Below are positions 17,243 to 25,064 of a stretch of 64,000 nucleotides of DNA, piece after piece. The stretch is taken from contig CANPFW010000001.1 of NCBI GenBank assembly GCA_947573405.1, positions 20,322 to 84,321 on the forward strand, written 5' to 3'. Position numbers and translations under genes: made by a program. Position 1 is the first letter of the stretch. The number at the start of each line of letters is the position of its first letter. This stretch comes from an uncultured Clostridia bacterium (GTDB lineage Bacteria > Bacillota > Clostridia > Oscillospirales > CAG-272). The notes under the pieces were generated by a model that worked only from the letters and a program-made list of their open reading frames with translations, was not told where the DNA came from and did not search any database.

Positions 17243-20200
17243 ATGGTAGAAATGGATAAACGGATTTTCGCTTCTATGATCGTGAAGTATTGGTATCTGG
17301 TGGAGTTTTTGGGGCAATCCGATTTTCCCGTACAAAGTCGGGACAGCCGCGAGCTTTGTTCAAAAGCGGCCAAAGGAGAAACACGGACGAAACAGATCAC
17401 GGTGTATCGTTTGCTATCCGATCAAGCGGATACACACGCTGAAAATCAAAGATCGGTCTTTATAGAGCCGTATACAGCACTGCAAAGCGATGCACACGTT
17501 TATACTTCACATGGCGTGCTATCGGATGAAATCCATATTTGTTTGGGGAAGATGGAACGCTATCTGTTTGCCGAGCGCTTACAGCAAGCCTTTCATCAGG
17601 ATTTGGAGTTGCCGGAGAAAAACCGAAAACCTGTATGCCTCATAGGCCTGAAGTGTGATGAACAAGGGAAGTATATTCCAGGCAGCATTCAAGTGTCCCC
17701 TTTGGCTTGGGGGATCTATCAGCTTCTGCATCATGCCGATCAATTGACAAAAGAGAATATGGCGGACTTTTTATCCATGAATTCCTATGAGTCCGATATG
17801 CAATTTTTTGACAATCAAATGGTGGAAGCGACGGAGGAAGGGCGTGTTGGGCAACTGCTCACCTCGACTCTGCTGAATTCTATTAGGGATCAAGCAGAAA
17901 GGAAATACTTAGTAAATATTATCCAGCCGGAACAGGAAATAAATTGGGACGGTGTTATGATTTATCGCCGGTATAGGACCGAAGAGAATAAGGCGCGGGA
18001 TACAGACGTTTTTCACGATAGTGACTTGGCTAACAGCTTTTTTGCAGATGATCTACACATGGTGGAAACAGCGATTAGCGATGGAGAGTTCGGCAAAAAT
18101 CCGTTGGAACAGGAGATATTTGATTACATTACCGGTGTATATGCGGAAGAAAACCCAGAGCTGCATTGGCTGGATTTTCAAAATCGTATCGATGTGCACA
18201 ATGCTTGGAACAACGGACGGGAAGAAGAGCGCACCGACTTTTTCCACCGCCATTTGGATATTGCAAAAGCGCCTCTTGGCAAATGGCCGTCCAAATTTAT
18301 GCCTTGCTTGATGCAGCAGTTGGCAGTCAATTTGAGTTGGCGTCCGTCGCTGGATAACCTGCCCATTTTTTCTGTGAACGGCCCGCCTGGCACAGGAAAG
18401 ACTACCCTTCTGAAGGAAATCATAGCCGGCAATATTGTGGAGCGGGCGGATTTGCTTATCCACTATCAAGATCCGGACGATGCCTTTATTCAGCGTCGCT
18501 TTCAGGATGGAGATAAGATGCACAGGGGGTATTCTCAATACTGCTGGGGGTATTATGACTTTGCCGATGAACAACTGAAAGACTACGGGATGCTGGTGGC
18601 CTCGTGCAATAACGCCGCTGTGGAGAATATCACAAAGGAGTTGCCGGATGGGATGGCCTTGTTGAAAGGGATAGAACCTGGTAAAAAGGAAGATGAGGCT
18701 GTTTGTCAAGGCCTTTTGGAAGTACAGAAATTATTTCAAATAGATGAGGCGGACAAAGAAACCTATAGAGTATGGAATCAAGAAAGATATGAATCCCAAA
18801 CCTATCCGGATATCTATTTTACAAAGTTAGCTAACGATTTGGCGAAAAGGAAAGAGGGGGAATGGGATCGCTGGGGATTGATTTCTGCTCCGTTCGGGAA
18901 GATGAGCAATTTGAAAGAATATATGTATGCTGTCTTAAAGACCTATATTGGAAGCTTTGGTTCTAATGACAGCATTCAGCAGCATAAAGAGGAGTATATA
19001 GGTGCCGCCCAGCGTTTCAAGAGACAGCATGAAAAAGTCAGACAAATGGAACAAGAGCTCCAGCAGATCAGTGGTGCAAGGAAACGCTTTACAGAACAAC
19101 GAGCGTCGCTGAACAATCAAGCCCAAAAGACAAGAGATCTTCAATCCCAACGAGAACGGGATGCGGAAGAAATGCTGAAGGAACTGCAGGAGCTGGCGCA
19201 GCAGTCAAAGCTGGCGGAACAGGCCTTGAACGATTATCAGGGAGAATTGGCCGATTTACAGCATCGGAAATCCTTTCAGGATGGAAATCAAGCGAATGCG
19301 GAAAATCAAATCCAGGAACTCCGCCGGCGAATTATGGAACTGAAAACCAGTCGTCGGTTCCGAGACGTTGTTCTTGAAATTTTTCGTCGGCCCACCATGC
19401 TATCTTGTACCATCCAGGAGCAGTATCAGGCATTGGCCACAGCGGAACAGAATCTTCAAGATGAGACGGTGAAGACGGGACAACTGCAGCAGGAATTGGA
19501 ACGGCAAAACCGGAAATGTAATTTACAAAGCGATGTCATAAGCGGCCTTGAAAATCAGCAAAACCAACTTTCAGAAAAACGAAGAAACTGTCTTGAAGAG
19601 GTAAACCGGCTGCGCCTGCAAAGGGAGGAATGCTTAAAGAAGATCACAGAGGCCCGCAAGTCCTATATATCGCTTTTGAAGGAGGCTTCCGAACAGCGCG
19701 GCGATCAGTCTATGATGGTACTGGATGAAGCGTTTTTCCGTCTGTATGATAGTGATGATGACAAAGAATCCACTGCGGCACAGGTGGCTAATCCCTGGCA
19801 CACAGCGGCCTACAATCGGGAGAGGGAGAAGCTGTTCTATGAAGCGTTAAAGCTTCATAAGGCGTTCTTATTAGGATCTAAAGCTTGTTTATGGAATTTT
19901 AAGAATCTGTTATTGCTGTGGAAAGAACCGGGGGATGATGGTAAGAATCCTGTAGCATTTTCTCAGCGCGACCGGGAAGCGTCATTCGGTTCTTTGCTGA
20001 ACACGGTGTTTTTGCTGACCCCTGTGCTTTCCACTACGTTCGCATCAGCGGGAAATATGCTGTCGTCCATTCGGCATCCAGGAGAAATCGGCTGCCTGAT
20101 TATCGACGAGGCTGGACAAGCCGCGCCGCAGATGGCGTTGGGGTCCCTTTTCCGCTGTCGCCGTGCGATCGTGGTTGGTGATCCCAAGCAGGTGGAACCG

Positions 20201-21676
20201 GTTGTGACGGATGAACTGGATTTGATCAAACAGGTGATCCAAAATGATTATACCGGCTATTATCAATCCAAGACCCACTCGGTTCAAGGATTTGCCGACC
20301 GGCTGAACAACGTGGGCACAACCTATGCCGATGGCGAACAGAAAACTTGGGTAGGATGTCCCTTAGTTGTGCATCGACGCTGTATCAGCCCCATGTTCGA
20401 ATTGTCCAATGCGTTATCTTATAATTATATGATGAAACAGCAGACCGCTCTGCCGGGACCTGAAAAAGAAGACAAATTCTGTCGGAGGAGCTCCGGATGG
20501 ATCAATGTCAGCGGAAGCGAGAACAGCAGAGCGGGCAAAGATCATTTTGTGGAAACGCAGGGAAGAAAAGCGTGGGAACTTATCCGAGAATCATTTCGGT
20601 TAACCGAAGAAATACCGAGCCTTTTTGTTATTACCCCGTTTACCACCGTGCGGGACGGTATGAAGAAGATGATTCGATCTCAGCCGGAGTACCGGGAGGA
20701 TGAACGATTTGCCGAGTGGGTAGAAAATAACATAGGAACCGTGCACACCTTTCAGGGCAAAGAAGCGGATCAGGTCATTTTTCTGCTTGGATGCGATAAG
20801 AATGCTTTGCCGGCGGTTCGGTGGGTAAACGCCAATATTGTCAATGTGGCAGCTACCAGAGCCAAGTACCGTTTGTATGTGATCGGTGATTATACTGTTT
20901 GGCAGCATTCCGTTCTATTCCAAAAGGTAAAGGGGATTCTGGACAGCTATGCTCTTCGCGCCCTGCAAAACGCGGCGGACAATCCCGATGTGCCGCGAAA
21001 TGAAAAACAGATAGCGCAGTTGTTGCAAGAAGTGCCTGGCGCTGACTCCTTGACAATAGATGGGAATTTGGATGATTGCCTGGTAGCACCCCTTTTTCAA
21101 GAGTTGGACGGTTTGTGGAAAAATAGTTCACTCACATCGGCACAGTTGGCGGCGTTCGGCCTTTCTGCATCTGATATGAAAAGTTTACCGCCGAAAATTC
21201 AGCAAAGGCTTACCAGCAGCATACTGCTGCATGAGCTGTTTGCCATGATGAGAGAACGGTATAACCTGGAAGATATGGATGCGTCCTGCGCAGGCATTTT
21301 GTTCTGTAAGACAATGGAATCCATGCTGAAAGAAATGCTCTTAGGGAAACTGAAAGCACTGTTTCCGGATGAGAAGACAAATAAGGAAAAGCTTTGTGAT
21401 ATAAAGGAGCATAAAGTAACAACCGGTACCTTTACAACTCTTCTAAATAAAGAAGAATTGCGCTCCCAGTTAGCTTCCCGCAGGGCTATCCTGTTTGAAC
21501 AGGTTTGCGATGAGCAGTGGTGGAAAGAATATGCCGAGGAATTAGAAAAATTTCGTCGGCTGCGCAACACCTGCTGTCATTCCGAACCGCTGAACTGGCA
21601 GCAGGAGAACGAACTGATACAGATCCTTTTTGCTAAACAGGAGTTTATCAAAACACTGGTTGGCGATGCCTTGTGA
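17243..21676 (+). CDS. Large SF1B (Upf1/DNA2-like) helicase with an unassigned N-terminal domain, an inserted coiled coil and a C-terminal HEPN-like (Rx4H) domain
   Basis: Motif [11 protein letters not shown] (about 18380-18406), Ia LVASCNNAAVENI, II LIIDEAGQA (about 20098-20124), III VVGDPKQVEPVV, V VHTFQGKEADQVIF, VI NVAATRAKYRLYVIGD. Q/E/R-rich heptad-like region about 18965-19730. C-terminal RLRNTCCH (R at 21563-21565, H at 21578-21580). The true start may be the second ATG at 17252. Confidence 0.85.
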   Translation: MVEMDKRIFASMIVKYWYLVEFLGQSDFPVQSRDSRELCSKAAKGETRTKQITVYRLLSDQADTHAENQRSVFIEPYTALQSDAHVYTSHGVLSDEIHICLGKMERYLFAERLQQAFHQDLELPEKNRKPVCLIGLKCDEQGKYIPGSIQVSPLAWGIYQLLHHADQLTKENMADFLSMNSYESDMQFFDNQMVEATEEGRVGQLLTSTLLNSIRDQAERKYLVNIIQPEQEINWDGVMIYRRYRTEENKARDTDVFHDSDLANSFFADDLHMVETAISDGEFGKNPLEQEIFDYITGVYAEENPELHWLDFQNRIDVHNAWNNGREEERTDFFHRHLDIAKAPLGKWPSKFMPCLMQQLAVNLSWRPSLDNLPIFSVNGPPGTGKTTLLKEIIAGNIVERADLLIHYQDPDDAFIQRRFQDGDKMHRGYSQYCWGYYDFADEQLKDYGMLVASCNNAAVENITKELPDGMALLKGIEPGKKEDEAVCQGLLEVQKLFQIDEADKETYRVWNQERYESQTYPDIYFTKLANDLAKRKEGEWDRWGLISAPFGKMSNLKEYMYAVLKTYIGSFGSNDSIQQHKEEYIGAAQRFKRQHEKVRQMEQELQQISGARKRFTEQRASLNNQAQKTRDLQSQRERDAEEMLKELQELAQQSKLAEQALNDYQGELADLQHRKSFQDGNQANAENQIQELRRRIMELKTSRRFRDVVLEIFRRPTMLSCTIQEQYQALATAEQNLQDETVKTGQLQQELERQNRKCNLQSDVISGLENQQNQLSEKRRNCLEEVNRLRLQREECLKKITEARKSYISLLKEASEQRGDQSMMVLDEAFFRLYDSDDDKESTAAQVANPWHTAAYNREREKLFYEALKLHKAFLLGSKACLWNFKNLLLLWKEPGDDGKNPVAFSQRDREASFGSLLNTVFLLTPVLSTTFASAGNMLSSIRHPGEIGCLIIDEAGQAAPQMALGSLFRCRRAIVVGDPKQVEPVVTDELDLIKQVIQNDYTGYYQSKTHSVQGFADRLNNVGTTYADGEQKTWVGCPLVVHRRCISPMFELSNALSYNYMMKQQTALPGPEKEDKFCRRSSGWINVSGSENSRAGKDHFVETQGRKAWELIRESFRLTEEIPSLFVITPFTTVRDGMKKMIRSQPEYREDERFAEWVENNIGTVHTFQGKEADQVIFLLGCDKNALPAVRWVNANIVNVAATRAKYRLYVIGDYTVWQHSVLFQKVKGILDSYALRALQNAADNPDVPRNEKQIAQLLQEVPGADSLTIDGNLDDCLVAPLFQELDGLWKNSSLTSAQLAAFGLSASDMKSLPPKIQQRLTSSILLHELFAMMRERYNLEDMDASCAGILFCKTMESMLKEMLLGKLKALFPDEKTNKEKLCDIKEHKVTTGTFTTLLNKEELRSQLASRRAILFEQVCDEQWWKEYAEELEKFRRLRNTCCHSEPLNWQQENELIQILFAKQEFIKTLVGDAL

Positions 21677-21699
21677 TGACGTTGGATTGCCCTTTTCGG

Positions 21700-22100
21700 T
21701 TAGTAATCCAAGTTCTAACATGCGTTTTTTTGCTTTTTCAAGTTGTTCTTCGTCTGCGGTTACATTTTCAATTTCTGAAAATCGCTTGTAAAGGCTCCTG
21801 TTTGATCCGTTTGATAAGAAGCTACAAGCTGTTCACCTTTATATAATCCGTACACGGCGTTGAATAAGGAAGCATCTCCTTGCGAAGATCCGGTTTCTGA
21901 ATCCGATTTTAAACAGATACACGGAAAGCTTGTTGTTAAATGTTACAGCTGCTATTCCATTTTCTACTGTAACGGCAGGAATATTTGTACCGGAGGATGA
22001 AGTATATTCCTTTGTACTTTCGTTAAAATCCACTCCAGCAACCAAATCACTCGCCTTGAATATCCGTCCGGGCCAACGGATCGGTTGTTATGTGCTTCAT
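21700..22100 (-). pseudogene. Frameshifted remnant of a surface adhesin/pilin-type gene (Cna-B-like repeat)
   Basis: Minus-strand frames read GVDFNESTKEYTSSSGTNIPAVTVENGIAAVTFNNKL and, in another frame, KSDSETGSSQGDASLFNAVYGLYKGEQLVASYQTDQTGAFTSDF. The latter fits the Cna-B pattern A.F.LY....L....TD..G. There is no intact ORF. Confidence 0.3.
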
Positions 22101-22172
22101 AAGCACTTACTCTTGCTTGTATGATTAAAAATACACTTTGAGTCAAATGCAATCGCAATGTATAAAGCCATA

Positions 22173-22206
22173 GAAAAATCAGCCACTTTTCAGTGGCTGA
22201 TTTTTC
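22173..22206. terminator. Bidirectional rho-independent terminator downstream of aroK
   Basis: tcagccac (22179-22186) pairs with gtggctga (22193-22200), flanked by an A5 run and a T5 run. Confidence 0.7.
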
Positions 22207-22220
22207 TGTTTAAAGTTTTG

Positions 22221-22718
22221 TCAAATCACCGTTCGCGTGATTTCGTCCACGGTTTCCTCCAGTGAGAAATCCTGAGCAGATACAGTAACATCCGCATATC
22301 GCTCATACAAAGGAGCCCGATGTTCATAAACATCTGCCAGTCCTTCTCCAGGTCCCATGGCAATTCCTCTGGTTTTGATATTGGAAACCCGATGCTCAAT
22401 CTGTGCAAGGGGAAGCTGCAGATATACAATCTTTCCAAGACTTTTCAGACGTGTCATGGCTGCTTCTCCAAGCACCACACTGCCGCCGGTAGCAATTACG
22501 GTTTTATCCAAATTTCCCAGCGATGCTACCGTCTTATTCTCCAGCTGCAGAAATGCTTCCATTCCATCATCCCGAATCATTTCATACAGCTTTTTTCCAG
22601 CCTTTTGCTGCAGCAGCAAATCCGTATCCAAAAAGCTGTATCCAAGTGTCTTTGCAAGCAGCACGCCTGCTGTGCTTTTCCCGCATCCGGGCATTCCGAT
22701 CAAAACAATATTTGTCAA
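22221..22718 (-). CDS. aroK: Shikimate kinase (stand-alone)
   Basis: MTNIVLIGMPGCGKSTAGVLLAKTLGYSFLDTD. 165 aa. Confidence 0.9.
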   Translation of the reverse strand: MTNIVLIGMPGCGKSTAGVLLAKTLGYSFLDTDLLLQQKAGKKLYEMIRDDGMEAFLQLENKTVASLGNLDKTVIATGGSVVLGEAAMTRLKSLGKIVYLQLPLAQIEHRVSNIKTRGIAMGPGEGLADVYEHRAPLYERYADVTVSAQDFSLEETVDEITRTVI

Positions 22719-22753
22719 TTTATCTGCCTTTCCAACCTGTAAGCTTGCCTGTA

Positions 22754-23890
22754 TTATGTTGCCGCATTCGGATCATATACCACTGGATCAATGGGTTTCT
22801 GGGGTTTCACCCGGAAGGTGAGCGGCTCTGTTTTTTTCTCTTCCTGTTTCTTGTCCTTGTTGTTTTCATCTTCCACTACAGTACGCGTCAGGGAAATTTC
22901 ATCTGATTTTTCATATTTTACCGTAACACCAGACATATAGTGTTCCACGAACGAAAGAGGTACCCATATGGATGTTCCAATCAGCCGGCAGGGACCTGTC
23001 ATGTTTGTGTTTACTCCGTTGATATTTGCTGTTGAGGATCCGACGGTAAACAGCACCGTTTCTTCCATGCCGCTTCCTGCGCTGTCGATTTCCGTTTCAG
23101 AAGGAATAATAAAGCGCATATAGTGGATGCTGCCCGCCATAGGCATATCCAGAAACGATGCCAAACGGGTGAAATTGGTGTACAGCACGCCGCTGTAGTA
23201 TGCTGCGGAAGCGCCGGCCTCAAATGTGTCGTCTTTGCCGACAGTAAATGTTACTGCATTATATTTTTCTACAGCGCCCTTGTGATATATTTTGAAATAT
23301 GCTCCTGCAGTAATTCCGCAAACCAGTGCAAATACAATGATAAACCGTGCCAGTATTCCGCGCGCTTGGGCAAGCCGCTTTTTGCGGCGCAGCTTCTTTT
23401 GGCGCAAGGCTTCCTGACGCGCCCGCTCCTGTCTTTGCCGCTGCCGCCGGAGCTCCTCCTGCCGCCGCTGTCGGTAGTACCGTTCGAAATCAGAAGCGGG
23501 ATTTGTCCCTGTGCTGCCTTCCGGATAAATCCATCCGGATTTGGTTGGCTTCTGTGTGGGACGTGACGCGCCCTGTTTTTGTACAGGACGGCTTGTCCCC
23601 TGCGGACGGGGCTGTGCAGCAGTTCTTCCCGCCTGTGGACGAGGCGGCATAGATTTTCTCTGCATCCCTCCCGATGCCGTGCCCGGTCGGGGCGGCATAC
23701 TGCGTGGGGGGGCAGCCGGACGCGCCGGCTGTGCTCCATATACTGCCCGCGCTTTATGCTGCGGTGCGTTTGATGGAGGAGGGCCATTGGGTTTCCGTGG
23801 GCGGACAACGGTTCCGTCCGCGTTGACATAGCCCCGGGAGGCGGGGCGGGAGCCATATGTTTTATTGTTCACAGCCTCGCCCCCAGTCAA
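22754..23890 (-). CDS. Single-pass membrane protein with a Pro/Arg-rich disordered N-terminus and a copper-amine-oxidase-N-like (stalk) C-terminal domain
   Basis: Low-complexity PRP/QRR region. TM helix ILARFIIVFALVCGITAGAYF. C-terminal pattern TANINGVNTNMTGPCRLIGTSIWVPLSFV. Confidence 0.7.
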   Translation of the reverse strand: MTGGEAVNNKTYGSRPASRGYVNADGTVVRPRKPNGPPPSNAPQHKARAVYGAQPARPAAPPRSMPPRPGTASGGMQRKSMPPRPQAGRTAAQPRPQGTSRPVQKQGASRPTQKPTKSGWIYPEGSTGTNPASDFERYYRQRRQEELRRQRQRQERARQEALRQKKLRRKKRLAQARGILARFIIVFALVCGITAGAYFKIYHKGAVEKYNAVTFTVGKDDTFEAGASAAYYSGVLYTNFTRLASFLDMPMAGSIHYMRFIIPSETEIDSAGSGMEETVLFTVGSSTANINGVNTNMTGPCRLIGTSIWVPLSFVEHYMSGVTVKYEKSDEISLTRTVVEDENNKDKKQEEKKTEPLTFRVKPQKPIDPVVYDPNAAT

Positions 23891-23911
23891 ATCGTATACT
23901 GCTTTCTGTAT

Positions 23912-24466
23912 CTACTTTGTTTCTGCAATCATAAAATACGGGGATGTGGGAGAATTGAGCATCTGAAATTTTGCAATACTCAGCTTGTATCGGCTGAGGG
24001 TGGCAAAATATGCCTGCAATGCCTCTCCCTCCGCAGCTCCTTCCGGATGCCCCGGATAAACCGCTACCATAAGGATGCTGTCCCGTCCCAGCATGGACAG
24101 CGCGCCCTCTACTGCGGGGAGCGTCGTCTCCCGCATGGTGGTCAGCGCCTTGTTACCGCTGCCCGGCATGTATCCCAAATTGAACATACCTGCCCGGATG
24201 GGACCCGAAATACATTCCTTTGCCAAATGATGAGAGCGGCAGTACAGCTCCCAGTTATCCGGACAATTTTCTTCCCGCAGACGGCGGGCTGTACTTTCCA
24301 GAGCGGCAGGCTGAATATCAAATGCTGCAACCCGCCCTGTTTCTCCAACTGTTTTGGAAAGAAACGCGGTGTCGTGTCCGTTGCCCATTGTAAAATCACA
24401 GGCAGTATCACCCGGCCCCAGATGGGTCAGGATAAAATGCTTTTGTAATGCAAGCAAATCCACCAT
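23912..24466 (-). CDS. Class I SAM-dependent methyltransferase (YtqB/MnmM-like)
   Basis: CDFTMGNGHDTAFL...GRVAAFDIQ motif. 184 aa. Confidence 0.75.
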   Translation of the reverse strand: MVDLLALQKHFILTHLGPGDTACDFTMGNGHDTAFLSKTVGETGRVAAFDIQPAALESTARRLREENCPDNWELYCRSHHLAKECISGPIRAGMFNLGYMPGSGNKALTTMRETTLPAVEGALSMLGRDSILMVAVYPGHPEGAAEGEALQAYFATLSRYKLSIAKFQMLNSPTSPYFMIAETK

Positions 24467-25056
24467 TACTGCACATCCTGATGTGCTGCCGCCATATCAA
24501 AGGCACGCAGATTGATTTCCCGTGCCTTTGCGGGGACGCATTCCTCTACTGCGCCCCGAAGCACTGCTGTGTCAAAGCCCAGCACATGGGCACCAAGTCC
24601 GATCAGCGCTACGTTTGCTGCCCGCGCGTTGCCTGCTTCTTCCGCAATGGCTGCTGCATCTTTCGCAATGATATTTACGCCCAGCGCGTCTATTTTTTCT
24701 GCCAAGTCCGCCGGATACTCCGCAGCGCCGATAATAACCGGCATAGGGTTGATTTCCTGGGTGGAGGTAATCAATGTTCCGCCGGGTTTCAGGAAGGGCA
24801 GCCATCTTGCAGCTTCTAAAAGCTCAAAGGACAGAATTACATCTGCTTCACCCTGACAGATTACAGGAGAATTTACCTTTTCGCCGTAGCGCACATACGT
24901 TACAACGGAGCCGCCGCGCTGACTCATGCCGTGCACTTCGGAAATCTTTACTTCATATCCGCCTGCCGTAGCGGCTGCCCCCAAAATTCTGCTTGCCAGA
25001 AGGGAGCCTTGCCCGCCAACGCCGACGATCATTATATTTTTTGTTGTCATATTCAT
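24466..25056 (-). CDS. iorB: Indolepyruvate ferredoxin oxidoreductase, beta subunit
   Basis: IMIVGVGGQGSLLASRILG. Start moved to MNMTTKN (25056), just after the iorA stop. Confidence 0.85.
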   Translation of the reverse strand: MNMTTKNIMIVGVGGQGSLLASRILGAAATAGGYEVKISEVHGMSQRGGSVVTYVRYGEKVNSPVICQGEADVILSFELLEAARWLPFLKPGGTLITSTQEINPMPVIIGAAEYPADLAEKIDALGVNIIAKDAAAIAEEAGNARAANVALIGLGAHVLGFDTAVLRGAVEECVPAKAREINLRAFDMAAAHQDVQ

Positions 25057-25064
25057 TTTCCTCG

